A model generated the notes under the pieces. It did not search any database. It saw only the letters and a list, made by a program, of their open reading frames with translations, and had not been told where the DNA came from. Of a stretch of 64,000 nucleotides of DNA, positions 1-8,600 are shown in pieces; the stretch's first letter is position 1; the number at the start of each line of letters is the position of its first letter. The position numbers and the translations under genes are program-made. Origin of the DNA: Candidatus Woesearchaeota archaeon. Lineage in GTDB: Archaea; Nanobdellota; Nanobdellia; Woesearchaeales; JACPBV01. The DNA lies in NCBI GenBank assembly GCA_016180135.1, contig JACPBV010000007.1, positions 41,248-105,247 of the forward strand, given 5' to 3'.

Positions 1-291
1 TTCAATTGTGTATTTTCTGAGGGGAATCAGCTCAATTTCTGCGCCAAGAGCTTTGCAATGATCCAAGCACCTTTTCAGCAATTCTTCTGAATTAGAATTT
101 TCTAAAGCAAGGTCAAATTCCTCTCTTGCTGAGCCCGATACGCCTAAAACCCTGATCTTTCTGCTTTTTTTTGAAGCCATTTCTTTAGCTTCTTTTATGG
201 TGGCTGCCCTTACTTTTTTGAATAAATTTAATGTGCTTTTGTCAATTTTCAAAGTTTTAATTATTTCTTCATCTGACATCTCTTTTTTCAT
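1..291 (-). CDS. partial CDS running off the window start; flavodoxin-fold NAD(P)H-dependent FMN reductase-like protein (weak)
   Basis: Reverse translation from ATG at 289-291 gives MKKEMSDEEIIKTLKIDKSTLNLFKKVRAATIKEAKEMASKKSRKIRVLGVSGSAREEFDLALENSNSEELLKRCLDHCKALGAEIELIPL...; the RVLGVSGSAR stretch resembles the N-terminal phosphate loop of Isf/FMN-reductase proteins. Confidence 0.3.
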   Translation of the reverse strand, partial: MKKEMSDEEIIKTLKIDKSTLNLFKKVRAATIKEAKEMASKKSRKIRVLGVSGSAREEFDLALENSNSEELLKRCLDHCKALGAEIELIPLRKYTIE

Positions 292-522
292 AATACTCCA
301 TTTTTCATGGCAATGTATATAAATGTTTTTATTGAAAACAGATTCCATCAAGCAAACTGTCAGGAACATAGCGCTATTGTGGGTGAGTCACCTAAGGTTC
401 ATTGTTGTCTTAGCTCGTTTGCGCACGCGAGTAATGATTGATTTTAACATCTGATTAAGGTACAGATAATAGAACTTGCCATTGAGTTTGCTTTCCCGAT
501 AGTTTTTTAAACACGCATAAAA

Positions 523-1290
523 TTGCAAATTCTGGTGATTTCAATGGAGCAGATGGAAAGAAGAGCAATCAAGGGGATGGTCTTTGCTGCGCTGTTTGCA
601 GCGCTTACTGCGGCTGTAAGCCCTGTCAAGATACCGTTAGGGTTTACTCCTGTGCCGATAACTTTGCAGACGCTTATGGTCCTGCTCTCCGGTGCGATGC
701 TGGGGCCGGGATACGGCGCTTTGTCGATGGTGATTTACTTGCTGTTAGGCGCATTAGGGCTGCCGGTCTTTGCCGGCGGCGGCTCCGGAATTGCTTCGCT
801 GTTCGGCCCTTCAGGCGGCTATCTCTTCAGTTATCCGATCGCAGCGTTTGCTGTGGGGTATCTTGCCAAAAAGAATGCTGTCAACAATGCAGTCAGATAT
901 GCCTCTTTTGCAGTTGTTCAACTGCTAATCTTAATTGTCAGCATCGACGCTCTTTTTGGCCTGGGTATACTTTCCTTCATCACAAAACTATCTCCTGCAT
1001 TCAGGATAGTCCTTGTTGTTGTCGGCTTTTCCCTCATTTTCGGGATTTTGGCGCTGCTTATCTACGGGAAGAAAAACAAGGCCATGTCTTCTGATATCAT
1101 ACTTGCGATGTATGCTGGCACGTTGATAATCTATTTTCTCGGAGCAATCCAGGGAAAATTGGTGACCGGAACGCCATGGCCCGGAATCTTTATCGGATGG
1201 ATATTGCCCTTTATCATCGGCGACACCGTAAAGCTGCTCATTGCCGCTTCGATTGCAAGCAGCGTGAAGATGGGGAAGTATCTGAAGTGA
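523..1290 (+). CDS. bioY: BioY-family biotin transporter, ECF S component
   Basis: PITLQTLMVLLSGAMLGPGYGALSMVIYLLLGALGLPVFAGGGSGIASLFGPSGGYLFSYPIAAF matches the BioY signature; multiple TM helices; the true start may be an internal Met (MERRAIKGMVF). Confidence 0.75.
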   Translation: MQILVISMEQMERRAIKGMVFAALFAALTAAVSPVKIPLGFTPVPITLQTLMVLLSGAMLGPGYGALSMVIYLLLGALGLPVFAGGGSGIASLFGPSGGYLFSYPIAAFAVGYLAKKNAVNNAVRYASFAVVQLLILIVSIDALFGLGILSFITKLSPAFRIVLVVVGFSLIFGILALLIYGKKNKAMSSDIILAMYAGTLIIYFLGAIQGKLVTGTPWPGIFIGWILPFIIGDTVKLLIAASIASSVKMGKYLK

Positions 1291-1396
1291 TAAACTATTG
1301 CGGGGGTTCTCTTCAAACTTAAGCCCGAAAAGCTTATATATTTTCTCACATCTTTTATGTGGATACACATCAAAGACTGATTGTTGGAGGGAGAGT

Positions 1397-1651
1397 ATGG
1401 TAACTATGACTTTATCGGTGCCCAGCGATTTACGGCAGAAAATGGAAGCTTTTGGTGAAATCAACTGGTCTGAAGTAGCCAGGCAGGCATTTAACCAAAA
1501 GATTAACGACAGGGAATTCTTGAAAAGCTTTAAGGAAAACAGCACCATGACGGAATCTGATGCATTAAGGATGGGGAAGGCAGTAAGCAAGGCGCTTAGC
1601 GGCCGGCTTCGGGGGTTTTCCGGCGATAATGGCTCAACTGCTCACTTATAG
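1397..1651 (+). CDS. ribbon-helix-helix (CopG/antitoxin-like) DNA-binding protein
   Basis: GGAGG 7 nt upstream of ATG at 1397; MVTMTLSVPSDLRQKMEAFGEINWSEVARQAFNQKI is a typical RHH N-terminal beta-strand plus helix; the longer ORF from 1298 is probably over-extended. Confidence 0.45.
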   Translation: MVTMTLSVPSDLRQKMEAFGEINWSEVARQAFNQKINDREFLKSFKENSTMTESDALRMGKAVSKALSGRLRGFSGDNGSTAHL

Positions 1652-2483
1652 AAGCGGGGGGCATCAACTTATGCCCCATAATCCATTGCGGCATGAAGAT
1701 AGTCTGCTGTATCTCCTCGACATCTTCACCTACAGCTGCATGAACTGCCTGCGTTCTCTGAAGTATCTGGAGAAATTGCACAAATCCTATAAGAAATTTG
1801 GACTGCAGCTTGTCATCATCCATCCCTTTGAATGGGAGTTTGAGAAAAACGCAAGGAATGTAAGTGAAGCGCTGAAAGAACTGGGCATAAAAGCCCCAGT
1901 AATTCTTGATCCCAAAAGAAAGCTTATCCAAAAGCTTGGGATTCATTTCTGGCCGTCTCAGCTGCTTGTCAAGGGCGGAAAGGTCGTTTACAGGCATGTC
2001 GGGGAGGGGAGATACAGGAATCTGGAGATCAAAATAAAAAAGATTCTCGGCGTTGATGGCCGATTTGTTTTTCGCAGGGAGCCAACTTATTCTAAGATTC
2101 CGGCAGTGTATTGCGGCAAAAGAAAAAACAAAAGATTATTTTGCAAAGATGGCTGCCCGAAAGAATTTGGCTCATTGTTCTTATCCTCCGGCTGGAAACA
2201 GGATGGGGAAGGAATCATAAACATAAAACCAGGGGCATCGGAAAAATTGCTGGCAATGGGAAAAAATTGCTTTATCATCTGCAGTGCTGTCGGAAAGGCA
2301 AAGGCAAGATTAAAAATTAGGGCTTTTGGGGATTTAAGTTTTTCCAACCAATTATTTTGCCGCTTTCTGGAAGTTAAAACGCCTGGCATATATTCTATTT
2401 ACCAGAAAGACCGTAGGGTGAAATCCCTGTCTATAACTGCTGAAAAAGGAACAATAAGAATTTATTCGGCTGCTTTTGAGTAA
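1629..2483 (+). CDS. thioredoxin-fold redoxin (TlpA/ResA-like) with C-terminal extension
   Basis: CMNC CxxC motif in FTYSCMNCLRSLKYL; FWPSQLLVKGGKVVYRHVGEG is the typical redoxin C-terminal segment; start uncertain (alternative Met at about 1671). Confidence 0.5.
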   Translation: MAQLLTYRSGGHQLMPHNPLRHEDSLLYLLDIFTYSCMNCLRSLKYLEKLHKSYKKFGLQLVIIHPFEWEFEKNARNVSEALKELGIKAPVILDPKRKLIQKLGIHFWPSQLLVKGGKVVYRHVGEGRYRNLEIKIKKILGVDGRFVFRREPTYSKIPAVYCGKRKNKRLFCKDGCPKEFGSLFLSSGWKQDGEGIINIKPGASEKLLAMGKNCFIICSAVGKAKARLKIRAFGDLSFSNQLFCRFLEVKTPGIYSIYQKDRRVKSLSITAEKGTIRIYSAAFE

Positions 2484-2548
2484 ATCTATTTAAAAGCCTA
2501 ACTTCTTTCTGGAGCAAGATCAGACCGAATATCAACCAAGGTTTAATT

Positions 2549-3874
2549 TTAAGCAACCCTTTCTGATTCAGCACCGGATATTTCAACACTCTGTTGGGCT
2601 GCATATTTCATGCCAAGCGAGGTAAGGCATAAATCGATTTGAAGGGTAATTCCAGATTTAAAAATACTGCCTAATTCTCCAACACGCATAGAGAATGCAC
2701 TTTCGGGGTCATGAAGCTGAGCAGCAGCCTCTTCCATCTTAATAGGATTATGCCACATCTGGCCGGCTCCTGTCAGGATGGGTGAATAAAAATCTCTTAA
2801 GCAGATGGGGGGTTTTTCGATGTATTCATGAACTGATTGAGCGTGACCTCCGTAATGAGCAATCGTTAGGTTCCCTAAAGAGCCGCCTAAGGCAAAAGGG
2901 AGAAGGAAGGACTCCTGTGGCGATGTTACCCTCTCAGCGACAGTAATGCCTAAATGCCCATAACTTGAAAATACAAATCCTTTCTTTCCGTCCCGTAAAA
3001 GCTCTAAACCGCTTTTTCTTATCTGCCCTAAAAGGCCTTCCTCAGGCATTTGTGAAAATAACAAAACAGCGTGGGCTAAAGTAGTATGGTCATCCTGGCC
3101 CCACGAATCAAAAGGCGGATATTGTTGCGATAATCCCCTTATACTTTGGCGAACATCTTCATAGCGGGGCTCTGATTCAGCCAAAATTTCTTCGCCAGTT
3201 ACTGAGCCGAATTTATGAGTGAGCACTCTTAGCACATCATCGTTTGTCCCGATATTTTTCCCCGGCTTGGAAATTTCAACAAACCTTAATAATTGGCCTG
3301 TGGAACTAAGTCTGGCACAATCGTCAACCAAAGATGCAAAATGGCCACCCAATTCACGGCCTACAAGCTCGACAACTTCATTTTGTTTGAAAGCCTCATA
3401 AAAACTATGCCATCGCTCTTCTGTTCTAGTTAGTTCCTCGATTTGCCTATCATTCACCAGTTTATCTCCATAGGTTTCGGCAATTCTTTGGGATAACAAT
3501 GCGATATCAGCAAATGGGCTACCTGCAAAAGAACATCCTATCAAATGTTCAGCGTATCTTAACATAAATTCTAGCCTATCAGCCCTCTTGCCATAATGGG
3601 GAGGTTCTCCAACAGCTCGATTCAATCCTTCTGCCAGGTTCCTGCGTTGTTCATCATATGATCTATCTAAAAATACAGGAATCATTGCAAGGGCGGCCAG
3701 AGTAGCCTCTAAACCCCTCTGCTCTTGATAAAGCTCCTGAAGATTAGTTTGCGCTCTTCTATAAACTGGCAATTCAGCTACAAAACCATTGATAAATCTG
3801 CTCCGGTCAAATCGGCCTTCAAGAAGGTCTTTTGCGCCATCCGAAGCAATCCTGGCTATTTTATCATCACTCAT
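2549..3874 (-). CDS. hypothetical protein (441 aa), no recognised family
   Basis: Long uninterrupted ORF on the opposite strand between ECF transporter genes; Pro/Gly/His-rich; the HYGGHAQSVHEYIEKPPICL region could be a metal site, but I do not recognise the family. Confidence 0.45.
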   Translation of the reverse strand: MSDDKIARIASDGAKDLLEGRFDRSRFINGFVAELPVYRRAQTNLQELYQEQRGLEATLAALAMIPVFLDRSYDEQRRNLAEGLNRAVGEPPHYGKRADRLEFMLRYAEHLIGCSFAGSPFADIALLSQRIAETYGDKLVNDRQIEELTRTEERWHSFYEAFKQNEVVELVGRELGGHFASLVDDCARLSSTGQLLRFVEISKPGKNIGTNDDVLRVLTHKFGSVTGEEILAESEPRYEDVRQSIRGLSQQYPPFDSWGQDDHTTLAHAVLLFSQMPEEGLLGQIRKSGLELLRDGKKGFVFSSYGHLGITVAERVTSPQESFLLPFALGGSLGNLTIAHYGGHAQSVHEYIEKPPICLRDFYSPILTGAGQMWHNPIKMEEAAAQLHDPESAFSMRVGELGSIFKSGITLQIDLCLTSLGMKYAAQQSVEISGAESERVA

Positions 3875-3979
3875 AGATAACGAAGATATTGCCCAGTTTA
3901 TAAGATTAACTTTTCCGAGCCAACTTTTCCACTATCTTTCCACTATCTTTAAATCCTCTCTCAAATCTACCTTAGCCGT

Positions 3980-4675
3980 ATGATTGAGCTCAAAAAACTA
4001 AGCTTCTCTTACGAGAGCAAAGAGATCCTGAAAGAGCTCTCTCTCAAGATTCAGGAAGGGGATTTCCTTGCAGTCATCGGCCATAACGGCAGCGGGAAAA
4101 CTACTTTTATCAAGCATATAAACGGGCTCCTGCTTCCTGAAACAGGGGAAGTTCTTGTTGATGGCTTATGCACAAAGGATGATGGGCCGGAGCTCAGGAA
4201 TAAAATTGCGATGGTGTTCCAGAATCCTGAGGATCAGCTTGTCTATTCAATCGTCGAAGAAGATGTTGCCTTTGGGCTGGAGAATGCCGGTGTCCAGCCG
4301 GCAGAAATGAAGAAGCGCGTTGCCAACATCCTCAAAGAGCTTAACATCCCGCAGCTTGCCAAAGAAAATGTCAACAGCCTTTCATTCGGGCAGAAACAGC
4401 TTGTTGCACTCGCAGGCGCTCTCGTGATAAAGCCAAAATACCTTATTTTAGACGAGCCCACAACCAACTTGGACCCTAAGAACCGGGCAAATATTTTAAG
4501 CATCCTTACAAAGATAAACAAGGATGGAATCAGTATCCTGCTTGTGACAAACAATCTTGCTGATGTGCAGTATGCCAAAAACGTCCTACTGCTGAAAAAA
4601 GGGGAAATTCTTTTTTATGGGTTGAAGGAGAAATTAACTTCCCAGATGATAGCGGAGGCAGGAATCAATGAATAA
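3980..4675 (+). CDS. ecfA: ECF transporter ATPase component (EcfA/CbiO-like ABC ATPase)
   Basis: Walker A GHNGSGKTT; Q-loop MVFQNPEDQL; ABC signature LSFGQKQLVALAGAL; Walker B LILDEPTTNLD. Confidence 0.85.
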   Translation: MIELKKLSFSYESKEILKELSLKIQEGDFLAVIGHNGSGKTTFIKHINGLLLPETGEVLVDGLCTKDDGPELRNKIAMVFQNPEDQLVYSIVEEDVAFGLENAGVQPAEMKKRVANILKELNIPQLAKENVNSLSFGQKQLVALAGALVIKPKYLILDEPTTNLDPKNRANILSILTKINKDGISILLVTNNLADVQYAKNVLLLKKGEILFYGLKEKLTSQMIAEAGINE

Positions 4676-5309
4676 CTTTGGGCAATACCGTTTTAAGGAC
4701 ACTCTCATCCATAGGATGGATGCGAGAAAAAAGCTCATCGCCATAGTTTTGTTGAGCCTGATTGTTTTTATAGTAAAGGCATATGGGCTGTTATTGTTTA
4801 CAGCGGGAGCGTTTTGGCTGACAGCAGCAGCTAAAGTCCCTCCTAAAAATATTGCGAGAAACATGAAGCCATTTTTGTTTTTCTCGGTCTTCCTTATCAC
4901 AATGTATCTGCTCTTCTCTCCGCAGGAGCTCGTGAAAGGCATTTTAGCAGTCTGGAGATTCTTATTATTGGCAGTTTTTTCGTCAGTCCTCCTTTACACC
5001 ACATCAATTGGCTCGATGATCAATGCAGTTGAATCATTGGCTCAACCGCTTCGCTCAGTCAATGTCAAGCCACGAAACGTCGCGCTTATGCTTGCGATGG
5101 CCATCAGGTTCATCCCTCTGCTGTTTGAAGAATCAGCATCGGTAAAGGATGCCATCATCGCAAGAGGCGGCAGTTTCAGGCAGCCAAAGATTATTGTCTT
5201 ATACACCAAAGCCATGCTGGGAAGGGCATTCCGGCGCGCAGACAGGGTTGCAGATGCGCTGGTATCGAGGAATTATACTGCCGAGGGGCATACAAAGTTT
5301 GCTGGATAA
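4668..5309 (+). CDS. ecfT: ECF transporter transmembrane T component (EcfT/CbiQ)
   Basis: Overlaps ecfA by 8 nt; multi-TM protein; AMAIRFIPLLFEESASVKDAIIARGG matches the conserved CbiQ/EcfT cytoplasmic coupling helix. Confidence 0.7.
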   Translation: MNNFGQYRFKDTLIHRMDARKKLIAIVLLSLIVFIVKAYGLLLFTAGAFWLTAAAKVPPKNIARNMKPFLFFSVFLITMYLLFSPQELVKGILAVWRFLLLAVFSSVLLYTTSIGSMINAVESLAQPLRSVNVKPRNVALMLAMAIRFIPLLFEESASVKDAIIARGGSFRQPKIIVLYTKAMLGRAFRRADRVADALVSRNYTAEGHTKFAG

Positions 5310-5312
5310 TTT

Positions 5313-5390
5313 GAATGCAACCATTCCATCCGGTCTTTGATCGTTCCCGAGCGAAGCGAGCGGAACTAAGAAAATCAACGGATTTTCTGT
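5313..5390. repeat. interspersed repeat family 'AATGCAACCATTCC...CCGAGCGAAGCGAG', copy 1
   Basis: AATGCAACCATTCCATCCGGTCTTTGATCGTTCCCGAGCGAAGCGAGCGGAACTAAGAAAA is near-identical to 56625-56700 and partly to 35875-35920; it lies directly after the ecfT stop; a 14-bp inverted partner GAATGGTTGCAT sits at 5421-5434. Confidence 0.7.
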
Positions 5391-5530
5391 TGGTGGTTGG
5401 AATCAGTTTTCTCTTCCAGAATGGTTGCATGCGTCAAGAACAACCAGATATAATAACCATTGTGGTTGTTCTTGGGCGTGCTCAGGATTTCAAACATTTC
5501 AAAATAGATGCTTGGAAATCCTGACATTTA

Positions 5531-5630
5531 AAAATCCGACCCGAGCGACCGAAGGGATAATCCAGCGTTTCGGTCTGCGGACGGAGGGATAATCCAGCGT
5601 TCCGGTTGCTTCGCAACGGAGGGCGGCCCC
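5531..5630. repeat. repeat family R1 (AAAYCCGACCMGAGCGRCCRAAGGGRTAATC ... CTGCGGACGGAGGG), with an internal imperfect tandem duplication of about 31 bp
   Basis: GGGATAATCCAGCGTT(T/C)CGGT occurs twice in tandem; the whole unit is homologous to 18943-19010; contains hairpins ACCGAA...TTCGGT. Confidence 0.65.
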
Positions 5631-5688
5631 CCGCGACGGACTCAACGTAGGCCCAGAAGCGTTTCTACCTAAGGAGGCTATACACCTA

Positions 5689-6360
5689 CTAATCATTTAA
5701 CCTTCTGATGGTCTCAATTAATTTGTTAAAAATCTTGTCGTCTATCTTTCCAAAAACGCCCTGGAGATTATCTTTATAACCCTGGCTGGTGGCATATTCT
5801 TTGAATTCCTTTAATTTATCACCAAGTCCATGGCTTTCCAGTTCTGTGTGTACCGTGTTGAGGTTAATGTCTCCGCCTAAAAGCATAAACACATCCCTAA
5901 AATCTGATTTCCTGCTTGCCGCCAGCTTCATGATAATGAGAGCCTCAGGGTTAGCTATCCTCACATCAATCCTGACCGGGTTCGCCTTGCCCCGTAATCT
6001 TCTTATTTTTGAATTTTCGAAAATCCATTCTGCTGAAAATCTCGAGTTTGTCTTTCTGTCAACAACATGCTTTATCAGAATGTCAAAGGGTACAGAATAA
6101 CCGCCTACTTTCTTGACAAGGCATGCAAAGTCTCCACAGTATGGAATATCTGGATCAGCTTCCTTTTTTTCATAGCCAGCCTGTTTCAGGGAACTTATCA
6201 CCTTCTTGGCATCTGCTTCATTCAGGACAACGATATCGCAGTCTACAGAAAATCTTGGCTGCGTATAGGCATTTACTGCATAGCCTCCAATAAGCACGAA
6301 ATTCAGCCCTTGCAATTTTTCCAACGTTGCCAAAATCTCCTTTTCCCGCAGCTCAAGCAT
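5689..6360 (-). CDS. nucleotidyltransferase, AbiEii-like (putative type IV toxin)
   Basis: N-terminal LNFVLIGGYAVNAYTQPRFSVDCDIVV fits the AbiEii/DUF1814 NTase motif (hhGG.A...RfS.D.D); overlaps the upstream gene by 1 nt. Confidence 0.5.
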   Translation of the reverse strand: MLELREKEILATLEKLQGLNFVLIGGYAVNAYTQPRFSVDCDIVVLNEADAKKVISSLKQAGYEKKEADPDIPYCGDFACLVKKVGGYSVPFDILIKHVVDRKTNSRFSAEWIFENSKIRRLRGKANPVRIDVRIANPEALIIMKLAASRKSDFRDVFMLLGGDINLNTVHTELESHGLGDKLKEFKEYATSQGYKDNLQGVFGKIDDKIFNKLIETIRRLND

Positions 6361-7001
6361 TACAGCGCCTCCCTGGCTTTTTGAACCAGTTCATTGCTAA
6401 CCTTTACCTTCAATTTGAATTTTTGCTTGACATACGCTAACGTGTATTCAAATAATGGGTTACCCTGGCAAAATCTGACGACTGTATCCAGGTCATCTAC
6501 CGGAAACCCATCATGCATAGTGTATGCTAATTTTTTCAACGGCTCTATGATGGCAAACTCCCCAATAAAGCTTCCTTCTCTGATGAAGAAGGGTATTCCT
6601 TCTTTTGAAAAAAAACTTTTCCAATATACAATATCCTCTTCTTTAACCTCGATGAAATAGGGGCTGCGCTCCCGGCTTCTTTGCAGGTAGGAAAAATCGG
6701 ACCATATTTCGGCAGCGCTCATCTTTGTGTAACAATACTCTTTTTTAGCATTCTTTAAGACTTCCGGGACTTTGAAATCAAATAATGACATGAATATCTC
6801 TTCAGGTTTGTAGCAGGCATAAGCCATTCTTGACTTCTTTTTTATCCATCCTGCATGTAATAAAACAGAAAAAATCTTTTTTCTCATTGCAGAGCTAACA
6901 GCCCAATTCAAGCAGTCCTGATTAAATTCTTCCTGAGAGCCGTATCTATTGTACATTAATCCATATGCCCTTAATGCATATTTTGGTAATTCCTGAGTCA
7001 T
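6360..7001 (-). CDS. putative AbiEi-like antitoxin/regulator (hypothetical)
   Basis: Immediately upstream of and overlapping the NTase gene; 213 aa; the N-terminal region could be a winged helix; assignment rests on genomic context only. Confidence 0.3.
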   Translation of the reverse strand: MTQELPKYALRAYGLMYNRYGSQEEFNQDCLNWAVSSAMRKKIFSVLLHAGWIKKKSRMAYACYKPEEIFMSLFDFKVPEVLKNAKKEYCYTKMSAAEIWSDFSYLQRSRERSPYFIEVKEEDIVYWKSFFSKEGIPFFIREGSFIGEFAIIEPLKKLAYTMHDGFPVDDLDTVVRFCQGNPLFEYTLAYVKQKFKLKVKVSNELVQKAREAL

Positions 7002-7160
7002 ATGGATCCCTATAAGGTAACTTATATTTAAATCTTGTGATTTTGGATACCCCTAAGGTAACTTTAATGTTGGCAAAAGGACAGAAAAGAAACAGAGGTA
7101 AGCCGCTGAGAAAAGCTAAGAAAAACGGCTGGTGGGGCAGGGATTGATTTATAGCAAACG

Positions 7161-7325
7161 AGGCTCCGTTCAAAGTATAGGTTAGCAGCCTAAAGTAAAA
7201 ATCACTTGCCTTCTGAATCCAGCTGACAGGGGGGTCGCCCCAAACGGGGGATGTCAGCAAACGGATAGAATATTTACGATTTTTAAGCTGCTAACCCGAG
7301 CGAAGCGAGATTTTGAACGGAGCCG
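7161..7325. ncRNA. candidate structured RNA or composite repeat: two long-range nested helices enclosing a GC hairpin
   Basis: GCTCCGTTCAAA (7163-7174) pairs with TTTGAACGGAGC (7312-7323); GGTTAGCAGC (7180-7189) pairs with GCTGCTAACC (7287-7296); inner hairpin CTGACAGGGGGGTCGCCCCAAACGGGGGATGTCAG at 7218-7258 has a homolog at 26440-26482. Confidence 0.3.
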
Positions 7326-7448
7326 GCAAACGACACAAGTATTTAGGCAAAATTATGCCGTTTGCTTACCCCTTAGAGGGGTACAAAAAACGTCTTTTCG
7401 TATTACGGACGGACCACAGCTGTATAATTATTTTTGTCCGTAAATATA
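7325..7448 (+). promoter_or_regulatory. conserved bipartite intergenic module, copy 1 (hairpin followed by T-tract, then palindrome-flanked AT-rich box)
   Basis: GCAAACGACAC...GCCGTTTGCT hairpin, then TATTACGGACGGACCACAGCTGTATAATTATTTTTGTCCGTAAATAT; homologous to 14249-14345 and 29341-29432; lies 60-80 nt upstream of the + strand gene at 7508. Confidence 0.45.
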
Positions 7449-7507
7449 ATTCTCAAATCACACCTTGACCATCAACTTTTAAATATACTCCTGCATTCTC
7501 TTCATCA

Positions 7508-7990
7508 ATGAAGGCGGGGGGGATTTTGCTTGTCGCTTTTTTTGGATTAGCATTTGCGCTGCTCATCTCGTTATATGCCTTGATTGAGATTGTGGAAGGG
7601 GGTTTGGCAGGAACTCAAAATGTTCCTAAACCTCAACAGGGGAACCTCAATATTTTTTTTGCGCCGCAAAAACTTTCCGGTATTGACCAGCTGAAGGCAC
7701 TGCAGCAGGAAACCGCTGAGCTCAGGAAAATGAACAACCTAGGGGAAGAGCGCGACCTTGAAGTCGGGAGATGCATCAGGAAGCTGACAAAGAACTGGAG
7801 GAGAAACATTGATGCAAGGTCTTTTGACGGAAAGATCGTGAGGAAGGACTCCAAAAGCAATGTCATCGAAGAATTTGATAAAGCCGTCAATCGCCCAGGG
7901 ACATCCATCTACGGTTTTGATGAAAGCCTCGACCGTGATTTCAGGAAGAGGCTGGAAAAGAAGTTTGATGATGGTGGGAGGGTTTGTTAA
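7508..7990 (+). CDS. hypothetical membrane-anchored protein (N-terminal TM helix)
   Basis: Hydrophobic N-terminus GGILLVAFFGLAFALLISLYALI followed by a charged soluble domain; no recognised family. Confidence 0.4.
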   Translation: MKAGGILLVAFFGLAFALLISLYALIEIVEGGLAGTQNVPKPQQGNLNIFFAPQKLSGIDQLKALQQETAELRKMNNLGEERDLEVGRCIRKLTKNWRRNIDARSFDGKIVRKDSKSNVIEEFDKAVNRPGTSIYGFDESLDRDFRKRLEKKFDDGGRVC

Positions 7991-8095
7991 AATGGGGGCT
8001 ATAAAGTCCATTGTAAGGTGGCATCGGGAGGAAAAGCAGAATCTCCTGGATGCTGGATACGGTAAAAACCAACATTTATAAATAAACTCCAATTT

Positions 8096-8563
8096 TTGTG
8101 TTATACAATGGCAAGGATGCATTCACGCAAGCGGGGAAAGGCAGGTTCGCATAAGCCGGCTAGCCAGAATTTACCGTCCTGGGTGAGATACAGCTCAAAG
8201 GAAGTTGAGATTCTTATCACCAAGCTCGCAAAAGAAGGGAACACGGCTGCTAAGATAGGGCTGATACTGAGGGATACTTACGGTGTTCCTAAGGAATCCC
8301 TTATAACAAAAAAATCCATTTCTGAAATTCTTAAAGAAAAAAGTTTGCTGTCTGAAATCCCTGAAGACCTGAAGTCTCTCATCAGGAAGAGCATCACGAT
8401 CCAAAAGCATCTGGCAGCAAACAGGAAAGACGGGACGGCCAAGCGGGGCATCCTTCTGACGGAATCGAAAATAAGGCGGATGCTGAAATACTACAAAAGA
8501 ACAGGAGCATTGCCGAGCGAGTGGAAATACTCCAGGGAAACTGCCGGGATGCTGGCAGAGTAA
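8096..8563 (+). CDS. rps15: 30S ribosomal protein uS15 (archaeal S15P / eukaryotic S13e type)
   Basis: MARMHSRKRGKAGSHKP...ILRDTYGVP...IPEDL..LIRKSITIQKHL...KRGILLTESKIRRMLKYYKRTGALP is collinear with archaeal S15P. Confidence 0.9.
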   Translation: MCYTMARMHSRKRGKAGSHKPASQNLPSWVRYSSKEVEILITKLAKEGNTAAKIGLILRDTYGVPKESLITKKSISEILKEKSLLSEIPEDLKSLIRKSITIQKHLAANRKDGTAKRGILLTESKIRRMLKYYKRTGALPSEWKYSRETAGMLAE

Positions 8564-8600
8564 GAGGTACGCTGGATTTCTTTTGTTGCACTCAATTTTT

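Noticed and set aside
988-1590. Antisense and shadow ORFs inside bioY and other real genes (988-1590, 1131-1373, 4243-4578, 38166-38598, 43438-43799 and others)
   Set aside because: They overlap strongly supported genes on the opposite strand or in other frames and lack motifs. They are typical shadow ORFs.
523-5309. ECF transporter locus interrupted by an RHH gene, a redoxin gene and a 441-aa gene, considered as a novel composite system
   Set aside because: BioY S-components are commonly encoded apart from ecfAT. Nothing ties the intervening genes functionally to the transporter. Recorded only as context.
5315-5524. ORFs translating the AATGCAACCATTCC repeat (MQPFHPVFDRSRAKRAELR...; paralogous ORFs at 56625 and 35875)
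   Set aside because: The conserved peptide is a by-product of nucleotide-level repeat conservation. There is no SD, the ORFs diverge right after the repeat, and one overlaps a membrane-protein gene on the other strand.
5550-5625. Possible CRISPR array (tandem GGGATAATCCAGCGTT units; also the 29-bp tandem units at 24990-25085)
   Set aside because: The units are directly adjacent with no unique spacers, there are only 2-3 copies, and no cas genes are nearby. These are minisatellite/REP-type repeats.
6946-7260. 104-aa ORF across the structured intergenic region
   Set aside because: It lies entirely over the nested-helix and hairpin repeats, and its composition is driven by the repeats.
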